This document shows, piece after piece, positions 10,067 through 18,238 of a stretch of DNA of 45,128 nt. This DNA is from Vampirovibrio sp. (GTDB lineage Bacteria > Cyanobacteriota > Vampirovibrionia > Vampirovibrionales > Vampirovibrionaceae): the NCBI GenBank assembly GCA_027448865.1, contig DAIDMR010000235.1, forward strand, positions 1 to 45,128. Direction: 5' to 3'. Position 1 is the stretch's first letter; every line of letters begins with the position of its first letter. The notes under the pieces were generated by a model. The model searched no databases. It was not told the origin of the DNA and was given only the letters and a program-made list of their open reading frames with translations. Both the position numbers and the translations under genes were made by a program.

Positions 10067-10267
10067 ATGCCCAGACCCAAAGGACGAGAGTATAACTACC
10101 GTGTCACTGTCAACTTAAGTGACGAGCATTACGCGGCACTAAACAGTCTAGCGGAGAAGAATCAAGCTGCAATTGCCTGGACGGTTCGGCGTGCAGTGAT
10201 GGAATTCATTACAAAATATGACTCAGACCTTTTGCAGGAAAGGTTTCTCCCGCTTGAAGAGGGCTAG
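10067..10267 (+). CDS. Ribbon-helix-helix (CopG/Arc-like) DNA-binding protein
   Basis: YRVTVNLSDEHYAALNSLAEKNQAAIAWTVRRAVMEFI is a strand-helix-helix pattern. RBS GGGGG lies upstream of the ATG. Confidence 0.7.
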   Translation: MPRPKGREYNYRVTVNLSDEHYAALNSLAEKNQAAIAWTVRRAVMEFITKYDSDLLQERFLPLEEG

Positions 10268-10325
10268 TTTATAGTCTGCCAGATTGAAAATACAAAACCA
10301 GAATGGTTGATGAGGAAGGAAGACA

Positions 10326-12152
10326 ATGGAAAACAACCCATTTCAGACGAGACAGCCGAATATTATTGCGAATTCTCGCATCAGAACACCCCAACGCGAA
10401 ACATTCGAGCATTTGTCTTCCTTCGCCGCCGAAGAAAACCCAACAAGCCGTGAAGTTGGTATTGTTTTGCCGGTAGGTTGTGGAAAGTCCGGCTGTATAG
10501 CAACCGCTCCCTTCGCTTTCCAGGCTTGTCGCACTTTGGTTGTTGCTCCCGGTATTGCCATTGCCCAGCAGCTTCATCGTGACTTTGACCCAGCTAACCC
10601 AGAGATGTTCTATATCAAGTGTGGAATTTTGGACGGGCAGCCCTACCCTGAGCCGGTAGAGATACGCGGAACCAGCACCAATCTCTCTGACCTTGAAGAG
10701 TCAGATGTTGTCATTACAAATATCCAACAGCTCCAAGGGCAAGAGAACCGTTGGCTTCAGAACCTGCCAGCCGATTTCTTCGACTTAATTCTCTTTGATG
10801 AAGGCCACCACAACGTTGCTGCCAGTTGGGAAACTTTGCGAAGCAGGTTTCCGAATGCCCGCATTGTGAATTTCAGTGCGACACCCATGCGTTCAGATGG
10901 TCAACCTATGGCAGGTCGCATCCTATATTCGTATCCAATTTTCCGAGCGATTCAGGAAGGGTATGTCAAGCAACTCAAAGCTGTCGTTTTAAATCCACGT
11001 ACATTGCGTTACGTCCGGCGAGAAGACGGCCAAGAAATTGAAGTTACACTGGACGAAGTTCGTAGGCTTGGAGAGACAGAGGCCAATTTCCGTCGCAGTA
11101 TTGTGACATCGACTGAGACTCTTAACACCATAGTGGATGCCTCCATACGCGAACTCGACCGTCTTCGTAGAGAGAGCGGCGAGCAGCGTCTGAAAATTAT
11201 TGCTTCCGCCCTCAATTACGAACATTGTCGTCAAATTGTTGAAGCCTACAGAGCGCGAGGCCGACGTGCGGATTATGTTCATTCTCGTGAAGATGGACAA
11301 GGACAGGCCAATCAACAGGTTCTCCGACGTTTAGAAGCCCACGAACTGGATGTAATTGTTCAAGTGCGGAAGCTCGGAGAAGGCTTTGACCACCCGTATC
11401 TTGCTGTGGCAGCCGTATTCAGTATTTTCAGTAATCTCTCACCCTTTGTTCAGTTTGTTGGGCGTATCATGCGAGTCATCCGACAGAATGCTCCTGGAGA
11501 TATTTTGAACCGAGGAAGCGTGGTATTCCATGCCGGTGCAAACATTGCGCGGAGATGGGAAGACTTTCAGCAATACAGTGAAGCCGACCAAGAGTTTTTT
11601 GAGCAACTTCTGCCCATTGAAGACCTTGATTTTTCCCATGGGGACGAACTTGAGGTCGAGCCAGTACAACGAGAGTTTGGTGACGTAGACCAGATGGAAG
11701 TACGGCACCAAAGTGGAGTGCAGCTTGAAGAGATTCCTTTGTTACGTGATGACCCAGCGGCCCTCGCAGCCCTTCGGTTACTTCAGGAAAGAGGCTATTC
11801 TGCTGATGAAGTAACTCAAGCAATGCAGGAACTCGACCCTGTTCCAGTTACCAGGGTACGGCAACGCCAAGCAATGCGTGATGGACTTGATATGCGCATA
11901 AGAACCGAGACAGGGCGAATCCTTGGAGAACGTGGCATAAATCACCAAGGTCACGAACTGGACCGTCGCCGTCTTGGGCGTACAAACTTCGTGGTCCTAA
12001 AATCAGCAATTGACCGTTCAGTTGCCACCTTTATCGGGCGAGGTACGGGCGAGCGTAGCGAATATAACCGAGAAGAATTAGACCGAATCGATTCTGATTT
12101 CAGTGGCATTGTGGCACGAGCTACCGAGGAGGTATTCGGTGCCGCGAGTTAG
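10326..12152 (+). CDS. SF2 DEAD/DEAH-type helicase (ResIII-like) with uncharacterised ~180-aa C-terminal region
   Basis: Motif I LPVGCGKSG, Ia VVAPGIAIAQQL, II LILFDEGHH, III FSATP, VI VQVRKLGEGFDHP. RBS GAGGAAGGAAG. Confidence 0.85.
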   Translation: MENNPFQTRQPNIIANSRIRTPQRETFEHLSSFAAEENPTSREVGIVLPVGCGKSGCIATAPFAFQACRTLVVAPGIAIAQQLHRDFDPANPEMFYIKCGILDGQPYPEPVEIRGTSTNLSDLEESDVVITNIQQLQGQENRWLQNLPADFFDLILFDEGHHNVAASWETLRSRFPNARIVNFSATPMRSDGQPMAGRILYSYPIFRAIQEGYVKQLKAVVLNPRTLRYVRREDGQEIEVTLDEVRRLGETEANFRRSIVTSTETLNTIVDASIRELDRLRRESGEQRLKIIASALNYEHCRQIVEAYRARGRRADYVHSREDGQGQANQQVLRRLEAHELDVIVQVRKLGEGFDHPYLAVAAVFSIFSNLSPFVQFVGRIMRVIRQNAPGDILNRGSVVFHAGANIARRWEDFQQYSEADQEFFEQLLPIEDLDFSHGDELEVEPVQREFGDVDQMEVRHQSGVQLEEIPLLRDDPAALAALRLLQERGYSADEVTQAMQELDPVPVTRVRQRQAMRDGLDMRIRTETGRILGERGINHQGHELDRRRLGRTNFVVLKSAIDRSVATFIGRGTGERSEYNREELDRIDSDFSGIVARATEEVFGAAS

Positions 12153-12363
12153 GTCTTTGATTGAAACCGTTGCGATTGATATTGCCCAGCGTGCCCATAA
12201 CTGCCAAGGCAATGCAAATCATCGTCTCGAAGCAGGTGTTAAACGCCTTAAAGTTCGCAAGCAACGAAGCTGGGACCATTACTGTATGGAATGTGCTAAA
12301 CGCATCCTGGAACAAGATGTAATCAAGCTCCAGGGACTCATACAGGAGTTTAGCAGTACCTGA
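12139..12363 (+). CDS. Small Cys/His-containing protein (74 aa), translationally coupled to the helicase
   Basis: GTG 12139 lies 6 nt after a perfect AGGAGG and overlaps the helicase 3' end. Contains HNC...HYCMEC. The tracked ORF begins at 12103. Confidence 0.5.
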   Translation: MPRVRSLIETVAIDIAQRAHNCQGNANHRLEAGVKRLKVRKQRSWDHYCMECAKRILEQDVIKLQGLIQEFSST

Positions 12364-12743
12364 GTCCTAATTAAATTTTCCCTACTGAGCCCTATAGCGC
12401 GCACGTGGGGAATTTTTGCGTGGAATTTGGCACGGTATCCCTCCCGCCACTCCCCTACCACCCTTTAGGATATGGATAGAGGCACCACCCACCGCCCCCT
12501 TACGCGGGCAGATTGAACGTCACCTTGGCAAGTCGGACGAGTGAGAGTTGCAGACCCTTACCCTGCTGCCCTTCGCTGGGGGATTGTCTGCTCCGGCTGT
12601 GAAACATCAATACCAAGCCCTTCGGGTGGCTTCATTCTTCAGCCAGTATTGACATTTCCCATCCTCCACAGGTGTCTCCAGCTACGAAGGTCAGCCGGTT
12701 AAAAAATGGCGCACTATGCCCATTTTTAGCCGGTGCGTAGCAG
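12364..12743 (+). other. 380-bp ORF-free, apparently structured region upstream of ardA (candidate ncRNA, leader or ssDNA element)
   Basis: No ORF of 60 aa or more on either strand. C-rich tracts at 12439-12464, 12483-12499 and 12658-12670. A UUCG-capped hairpin at 12615-12632. An A/T-flanked hairpin at 12701-12727 bracketed by direct AGCCGGT repeats. Confidence 0.4.
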
Positions 12744-12764
12744 TTGAACATTGAGGAATTGGAA

Positions 12765-13298
12765 ATGATACAAGAACAAGTCACCCCACGGGTCTATGTG
12801 GCCTGTCTGGCCTCTTACAATGCGGGATGCCTTCATGGGTCTTGGGTGAACGTGGATGGCGATGCCGATGACCTGATGACCCACATCCGGTCCGTGCTGT
12901 CAGCTTCCCCCGAGCCGGACGCCGAGGAGTGGGCTATTCATGATTATGAGGGCTTCGGGTCTGTGCAGGTGGATGAGTATGCCTCATTGGAGCGTGTAGC
13001 CGCCATGGCGGAGTTGATACGTGAGCATGGAGAGCTTGCAGGCGAGGTAATCAGCCACTATGGGGGAGACGTGGAAGAATCGCGCCGTGCCTTGGAAGAG
13101 GACTACCAAGGGTGTCATGCCAGCTTGGAAGATTACGCCGAGTCGTTCATGGAAGACACCGGCAGTCTGGAAGGGATACCCGCATCCATCCGACCCTACA
13201 TTGATTACGAACGGATGGCGAGGGATTGGGAGCTGAACGGGGACATCTTCACCCTGGAAACCAGTTACAACGAAGTCCACGTGTTTTGGAATCGATAG
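12765..13298 (+). CDS. ardA: ArdA-family anti-restriction protein
   Basis: PRVYVACLASYNAGCLHGSWV..., an acidic composition, IDYERMARDWELNGDIF and VHVFW are characteristic of ArdA. ATG 12765 is preceded by GAGGA; the tracked ORF starts at TTG 12744. Confidence 0.85.
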   Translation: MIQEQVTPRVYVACLASYNAGCLHGSWVNVDGDADDLMTHIRSVLSASPEPDAEEWAIHDYEGFGSVQVDEYASLERVAAMAELIREHGELAGEVISHYGGDVEESRRALEEDYQGCHASLEDYAESFMEDTGSLEGIPASIRPYIDYERMARDWELNGDIFTLETSYNEVHVFWNR

Positions 13299-13312
13299 GA
13301 AAGGCTTGAACA

Positions 13313-13477
13313 ATGAGCAATCAAGAATGGACAACCCTGCAATGGTTCCAGCACAAAGCCATTCACTTGGCCTATGACGTTCTACTATGGCTGCACGACA
13401 AGCTTATAAACTACGCCTGTGAGCGTAACCTCTGGCGAACACCCGAACAGCGGGCAGCAGAGCAACCACTAGATTGA
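13313..13477 (+). CDS. Small hypothetical protein (54 aa, below the ORF-track cutoff)
   Basis: ATG 13313 to TGA 13477, read by hand (MSNQEWTTLQWFQHKAIHLAYDVLLWLHDKLINYACERNLWRTPEQRAAEQPLD). A terminator hairpin follows directly. Confidence 0.35.
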   Translation: MSNQEWTTLQWFQHKAIHLAYDVLLWLHDKLINYACERNLWRTPEQRAAEQPLD

Positions 13478-13480
13478 GAA

Positions 13481-13507
13481 AAGGGGCTACCAAGCCCCTT
13501 TCTTCTT
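13481..13507. terminator. Bidirectional intrinsic terminator between convergent genes
   Basis: AAGGGGCT-ACCA-AGCCCCTT hairpin, flanked by A-rich sequence on the left and T-rich sequence on the right. Confidence 0.65.
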
Positions 13508-13509
13508 AC

Positions 13510-14142
13510 TTATTTGCCACAACATTGCTCTCCTTTGATGCCCTCTAGACCTTCTCGCAACAGCCAAGGCGTCATAACCAGCCCAGCAGCCGGGTCAGCC
13601 CACCACCACCCTAACAAGGCATTGGCACCCAGACCCACCAGAAGAATCAGAGAGAGATAGGCGCAGCAAATAGTTTCTTTAGCTTCCATCTCAAGGGCTT
13701 CACTGCCCAGATTCTTGGCGATTTTGATTTTCCAACGGGCAAGCAGAGGCATGATAACGAGGGAAAGAATCGCCAAGATGATGCCGACCATACTTTCTTC
13801 TGGCGTACGATGCGTCCATAGGTTTACAGCCGCCTGACTCCCCACATATAGTGCCAGTGCTATAAACGTGAAACCGACAAATCGCCTTGCAAATTGCTCC
13901 CGCTTCTCCAATACACATTCACTCACTCCACCACGGGCTTTGATGAGATGCCATAGAACGACTGCCGATGCGGAAACTTCAATGATGCTATCAAAGCCAA
14001 AGCCCACTAAAGAAATGCTTCCAGCACTCAACCCTTGCCATACCGCAATTAAACCTTCCAGCAAATTGTAGATAATCGTTCCTGTGAGTAACAGGAAAGC
14101 AAGGTTGTAGCTTTTGTGAGTAGTGATGTCTGAAAGATTCAT
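13510..14142 (-). CDS. Cation-efflux (CDF-like, membrane domain only) transporter
   Basis: 210 aa with about 6 hydrophobic helices. [25 protein letters not shown] resembles the CDF TM2 region. The C-terminus ends GEQCCGK. Last gene of the ars operon. Confidence 0.6.
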   Translation of the reverse strand: MNLSDITTHKSYNLAFLLLTGTIIYNLLEGLIAVWQGLSAGSISLVGFGFDSIIEVSASAVVLWHLIKARGGVSECVLEKREQFARRFVGFTFIALALYVGSQAAVNLWTHRTPEESMVGIILAILSLVIMPLLARWKIKIAKNLGSEALEMEAKETICCAYLSLILLVGLGANALLGWWWADPAAGLVMTPWLLREGLEGIKGEQCCGK

Positions 14143-15212
14143 TGAGAGCCTATCTCCGTTTTGGTAAGAAAATATCGCTCACGAATCCAGAGCGATACGT
14201 TGACCAATCCAATGAGCACCGGCACCTCGACCAGCGGGCCAATGACCGCCGCAAACGCAGCACCGGAACCAATACCGAACACAGCAACCGCTACCGCAAT
14301 TGCCAGCTCGAAATTGTTGCTGGCTGCCGTGAACGAAAGCGTAGCAGCTTTGGCATAATCAGCTCCCACCCGATGGCCCATGTAGAAGCTAAGCATGAAC
14401 ATCACCACAAAGTAGATGAGCAGGGGAATGGCAATACGCACTACGTCCAAGGGGATTTGTACAATCAGTCCACCCTTGAGGCTGAACATCACCAGAATGG
14501 TAAAGAGCAATGAAATCAAGGTAATGGGACTGATTCTGGGAATGAATACGCGCTCATACCAATCTTTCCCTTTGGTTTTTAATAGGGCAAATCGGGTCAA
14601 CATCCCAGCCAGGAAGGGAATTCCCAGGTAGATGAAGACGCTTTTTGCAATCTCGACAATGCTGATATTGACGATAGCCCCCGGTAGCCCAAAGACAGGC
14701 GGCAAGACCGTGATAAAGAACCAGGCGTACACACTGTAGAACAGCACCTGAAACACGCTATTGAAGGCCACCAATCCCGCCGCATAGTCTGTATCGCCTT
14801 CTGCCAATTCATTCCAGACAATGACCATGGCAATACAGCGGGCAAGGCCAATCAGAATCAGCCCCACCATATATTCCGGGATGTCATGCAGGAATACCAA
14901 AGCCAGCACGAACATCAGGAGTGGCCCAATGACCCAGTTTTGCAACAGGGACAGGCCCAGGACTTTCCAATTGCGGAAGACCTTCCCCAGTGATTCATAG
15001 CGAACCTTGGCAAGGGGTGGGAACATCATCAGAATCAGGCCGATGGCAATCGGGATGTTGGTCGTTCCCACCTGGAAACGCTGCATGAATGGGGCTACCG
15101 ACGGAATGAAGTAACCCAGACCAACACCTACCGCCATGGCCAAGAAAATCCACAGCGTGAGGTAGCGGTCCAGGAATGAGAGTCGGCAAATACGCGTCCC
15201 TGGCATCTTCAC
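14139..15212 (-). CDS. acr3: ACR3-family arsenite efflux permease
   Basis: 357 aa. [27 protein letters not shown] and the overall polytopic pattern are typical of Acr3. Confidence 0.9.
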   Translation of the reverse strand: MKMPGTRICRLSFLDRYLTLWIFLAMAVGVGLGYFIPSVAPFMQRFQVGTTNIPIAIGLILMMFPPLAKVRYESLGKVFRNWKVLGLSLLQNWVIGPLLMFVLALVFLHDIPEYMVGLILIGLARCIAMVIVWNELAEGDTDYAAGLVAFNSVFQVLFYSVYAWFFITVLPPVFGLPGAIVNISIVEIAKSVFIYLGIPFLAGMLTRFALLKTKGKDWYERVFIPRISPITLISLLFTILVMFSLKGGLIVQIPLDVVRIAIPLLIYFVVMFMLSFYMGHRVGADYAKAATLSFTAASNNFELAIAVAVAVFGIGSGAAFAAVIGPLVEVPVLIGLVNVSLWIRERYFLTKTEIGSQ

Positions 15213-15535
15213 CTCGGCCAGTACATGATGATGACTACTCCCACCAAGGCAATTACACCACCAATGACATCAAACCTGTCAGGTGCTATTTTATCGACCT
15301 GCCAGCCCCACAAAATGGAAAGGGCAATAAAGATGCCACCGTATGCGGCATAGACTCGGCCAAAGTTTGCGGGTTGAAGTGTTGGTATTATTCCGTAAAG
15401 AATCAGCAGAATAGCCCCAGCAAGAGCAAACAGCATGCCTTTGCCCTCTCGTAACCAGAGCCATACCAGATAACCACCCCCAATTTCACAGAGGCCAGCA
15501 ATAAGGAAATAGAAAGACGATTTAACTATTTCCAT
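15209..15535 (-). CDS. ynfA: YnfA (UPF0060) small membrane protein
   Basis: 108 aa. [18 protein letters not shown] and [20 protein letters not shown] closely parallel E. coli YnfA. Confidence 0.85.
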   Translation of the reverse strand: MEIVKSSFYFLIAGLCEIGGGYLVWLWLREGKGMLFALAGAILLILYGIIPTLQPANFGRVYAAYGGIFIALSILWGWQVDKIAPDRFDVIGGVIALVGVVIIMYWPR

Positions 15536-15536
15536 A

Positions 15537-16046
15537 TTAACAACACCCGCTAGCAGGTGCTATCACTGTTGGGCAGCAGTTCTCAGCTTCGGAATCCTCT
15601 ATCTTGGCAGGACCACAGCAAGCCGTTGCATCGGTTGAGGAGAAGAGGGTTTCTCCCTCATCATCATGGCGAACCCAGAATTCCCACTCGTTTCCATCCG
15701 GGTCATGTAACCAGAACTTATCTGCCACGGCATAGCAGCAAGTCACGCCTTCCTCTTCCAGATGCAGCAGAATGCCCGTCGCCTTGATTCGCTCTTTCCA
15801 GTCGGCAAGTGCCGTATCATCGAAGAGTTCAACGCCGAAGTGTTGGCCCAGACCATTGGTAACAGTCTGTTTAGACTGGTTGGGGTGATGGACTAAGGCC
15901 AGATGCAACGCGGGGGTATCCAGGCGGAAATTGGCATAGTCAGGTTTTCTTTTACTGGGTTCTATCCCAAACACCTTGCTATAGAAGTCAATGGAGGCTT
16001 CCAGATTGGAAACCGACAAGTTGATGTGGATGCGAGTGTTCGCCAT
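15537..16046 (-). CDS. arsI: ArsI/CadI-type glyoxalase-fold (VOC) protein, probable C-As lyase
   Basis: [22 protein letters not shown]. Vicinal Cys in GVTCCYA. WEFW. The Cys-rich tail has three CC pairs. Start taken at ATG 16046 rather than the tracked 16112. Confidence 0.75.
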   Translation of the reverse strand: MANTRIHINLSVSNLEASIDFYSKVFGIEPSKRKPDYANFRLDTPALHLALVHHPNQSKQTVTNGLGQHFGVELFDDTALADWKERIKATGILLHLEEEGVTCCYAVADKFWLHDPDGNEWEFWVRHDDEGETLFSSTDATACCGPAKIEDSEAENCCPTVIAPASGCC

Positions 16047-16059
16047 GGCGCATGTCCTT

Positions 16060-16503
16060 TCAGTGAGTTGGTAGGTTATCAGGCAGAGATTCGATAAAGT
16101 GACGGATTTCATCCCGCACCCGTCGATAGACTGTCAGACCCTCGGCTTCCGTCAATCCCTTGGCAAGCCGGGGTGGGTCATCAAAACCGTGATGGATGAT
16201 TCGGGTTGTACCAGGGAACAAAGGGCAGCTTTCGCTAGCGCTATCGCAAACTGTGACCACGTAATCAAATGGGATGTGCTGTACGTCATTTAAATGCTTG
16301 GATTGATGGCCGGAAATGTCTACCCCGGCCTCTTGCATCACTTGAACCGCTACAGGGTTGAGTCCGTGGGTTTCAATACCTGCTGAGCAGGCTTCCAGCA
16401 CATCGCCTTTAAGGATATGCGCCCAACCTTCCGCCATCTGGCTTCGGCAGGAGTTTCCCGTACACAGAAACAGGATGTTTATCTTTCGGCTTGAATCTTG
16501 CAT
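16060..16503 (-). CDS. arsC: Arsenate reductase, LMW-PTPase family
   Basis: ILFLCTGNSCRSQMAEGW is the CX5R P-loop, with downstream Cys residues. Confidence 0.9.
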   Translation of the reverse strand: MQDSSRKINILFLCTGNSCRSQMAEGWAHILKGDVLEACSAGIETHGLNPVAVQVMQEAGVDISGHQSKHLNDVQHIPFDYVVTVCDSASESCPLFPGTTRIIHHGFDDPPRLAKGLTEAEGLTVYRRVRDEIRHFIESLPDNLPTH

Positions 16504-16850
16504 AGTTCCTCCGGCTCCATTCTCAGAACCGCTTCCAGGGTCTGCCGGTCTGCCTGAATTTGCTTATCTTGTTCAAGCGCGCCAAACACCCAAGCCAGGG
16601 CTTGCTGAACCACAGGGGAAGCATCCGGCCCAGCCGTTCTGTAATACACCCATCGGCCTTTCTTCTGAGAATCCAACAATCGGGCCTGATGCAGGATAGA
16701 CAGATGCTTGGAAGTTGTGGAGGGCGCTAGTCCCAGGAACTCAATCACCTGACAGACGCACAACTCTCTATCCTTCAAGCAGTAGAGAATCCGAATTCGG
16801 TTCTCATCGGCCATGGCCTTCACGATTTCCATGAAGTCTCGCATGGTCAT
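16479..16850 (-). CDS. arsR: ArsR/SmtB-family metalloregulator
   Basis: ELCVCQVIEFLGLAPSTTSKHLSILHQARLL contains the CVC As(III) site plus a wHTH. Confidence 0.9.
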   Translation of the reverse strand: MTMRDFMEIVKAMADENRIRILYCLKDRELCVCQVIEFLGLAPSTTSKHLSILHQARLLDSQKKGRWVYYRTAGPDASPVVQQALAWVFGALEQDKQIQADRQTLEAVLRMEPEELCKIQAER

Positions 16851-16874
16851 CTCCTATAATTCGCTATATGACGA

Positions 16875-16903
16875 AATATAATCCATGTCTTGCAAGACGT
16901 CAA
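16875..16903 (-). promoter_or_regulatory. ars operon promoter with embedded 12-bp perfect palindrome (candidate ArsR operator)
   Basis: On the minus strand: TTGACG (16898-16903), 17-nt spacer, TATATT (16875-16880). The palindrome GTCTTGCAAGAC (16887-16898) sits in the spacer. AGGAG RBS precedes the arsR ATG. Confidence 0.6.
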
Positions 16904-16918
16904 GATTTTGGAGGAACT

Positions 16919-16938
16919 CTGTGTAATTCTTGTGTAAT
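16919..16938 (+). repeat. Candidate arm-type integrase binding site (tandem GTGTAAT), right arm
   Basis: Matches 2780-2799 at 19 of 20 positions, in the same orientation. Confidence 0.5.
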
Positions 16939-16973
16939 CGGGCTTAGAAAAACCTCAAAAACTCTAGAATCAT

Positions 16974-17059
16974 TGAGAATTCTCAGGTTCTTTAAGAATC
17001 CCAAGAAGCAAAGATTTGAGAAGGTTCTGGACAATCTTAGGGTCTTCGAGAAGCTCAGG
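16974..17059 (+). repeat. Three imperfect GAGAA-N4/5-C(A/T)GG repeats next to attR
   Basis: TTGAGAATTCTCAGG (16974-16988), TTGAGAAGGTTCTGG (17016-17030) and TCGAGAAGCTCAGG (17046-17059). The first contains the 10-bp palindrome GAGAATTCTC. Confidence 0.35.
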
Positions 17060-17065
17060 AAGGAC

Positions 17066-17112
17066 GTTTCGTAAACCGTAGGTCACGAGTTCAAGTCTCG
17101 TCATCGGCTCCA
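17066..17112 (+). repeat. attR: displaced 3' half of tRNA-Thr
   Basis: GTTTCGTAAACCGTAGGTC-ACGAGTTCAAGTCTCGT-CATCGGCTCCA. 40 of 47 nt are identical to 2684-2730. The T stem differs by compensatory changes. Confidence 0.85.
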
Positions 17113-17118
17113 GACTTT

Positions 17119-17155
17119 AAAAGAGCTTGCCGGGTTCTGACGGCAGGCTCTTTTT
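17119..17155 (+). terminator. Intrinsic terminator after the tRNA remnant (probably the native tRNA-Thr terminator)
   Basis: AGAGCTTGCCG-GGTTCTGA-CGGCAGGCTCT followed by TTTTT. Confidence 0.65.
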
Positions 17156-17325
17156 AGCTTGTGGGCAAATTTCTGTAAAATCGCCCTAAAAAATCGGTTT
17201 TGAGGCTTTCAGTCTTGGGGCTTTCAAATGTAACCGTGTGAAAGGCCTCCGGAGGTTTTGATCGGGCCTTCCTTTTTGCAGATAACGCTATCTCTTGATT
17301 CTTTTCCCGGGTTGAAAAATGCTAA

Positions 17326-17364
17326 AAAGCCCAGGATACCAGGTTTACCGGCATCCCGGGCTTT
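17326..17364 (-). terminator. Intrinsic terminator of the globin gene
   Basis: 12-bp stem (AAAGCCCGGGAT / ATCCTGGGCTTT, one mismatch) followed by a T-run on the minus strand. Confidence 0.55.
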
Positions 17365-17387
17365 GATTCCTGACCAGAAAAGCTTAT

Positions 17388-17897
17388 TTAAACCGCTAAT
17401 AGCCAGGGTTGAGGATCGGCGGGTTTAAAGCCATCGGCCTCATAGCCAGCGGCGGTCAGCTCGTCCTTGAATTGCTCCGGCTGCTTGGCGGCGTCAATCA
17501 TAATGCTCGCCACCAAATTCACCGCCTCCGTCCAGCTGGTTTCCATTTCGTCCGTCCAGCTGCCCTCTGTGGATAAATGCTCCTTCAGCACGGCAATCAG
17601 ATTTTCTCCCACTGCCGGGTAATGGGCCGCTTCGGTGCCATATTTCAGGTGACGAATGCCCATGGCATGCAGATAAGGCACCAATTTTCCGGTATTATTC
17701 ACCCCGGCCACAATCGCTCCTAAAGAGGCCATTAACTTTTTGTGCTGTTGCTCAGGTGGGGTGTGGAACAAGGGGCGTACCGCCGGGTATTTTTCAAACA
17801 GGCGTTGGTAAAACCGCATGCCCAGCGCCTGTGCGCCGCCATTTTCCTGTTGGGCACGTTGAAAGGTTTCAGCAAGCAGGGCCGTGTTTAAGCTCAT
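17388..17897 (-). CDS. Single-domain globin-family protein
   Basis: 169 aa. FYQRLFEKYPAVRPLF, HKKLMASLGAIV and GIRHLKYGTEAAHYPAVGENLIAVL follow the globin helix pattern with a proximal His. Confidence 0.7.
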   Translation of the reverse strand: MSLNTALLAETFQRAQQENGGAQALGMRFYQRLFEKYPAVRPLFHTPPEQQHKKLMASLGAIVAGVNNTGKLVPYLHAMGIRHLKYGTEAAHYPAVGENLIAVLKEHLSTEGSWTDEMETSWTEAVNLVASIMIDAAKQPEQFKDELTAAGYEADGFKPADPQPWLLAV

Positions 17898-18238
17898 GGG
17901 ATTTTTCTCCTTTAAAATACGACGATCGAGTGTGGTTCACGCTTTGAGCGGGGTAAATGGGCGAGACACGCTTTCCTTAATCCATCTCTCTTTTAGCATA
18001 CCTTATGCAGATGGTAGGGGAATCGTTTACTCTCAGCATAAATGACGCAGTGCTTCCTTACTTTGTCTCAGGGCCTTGACTCAGGTTAACTATTCTCAAA
18101 CCCCTGTGTTCGCATACAGGGAACAACTCCGGAAACGGGCAATCCGGCGGGGCCCTTGCTTTCAGGTCGGTGGGCCAGCCGGTCGGATGGGTTTAAATCT
18201 TTGGGTTTAGGGGTATAACCGGGGTATTAGCCTATAAA

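Noticed and set aside
12984-13334. 116-aa minus-strand ORF
   Set aside because: It is antisense to ardA, whose acidic ArdA-type translation is clearly the real product.
16868-17074. 68-aa ORF between the ars promoter and attR
   Set aside because: It runs across the candidate recombination arm and into the tRNA remnant. It has no RBS and a lysine/arginine-rich low-complexity translation, so this stretch is more likely att-arm DNA.
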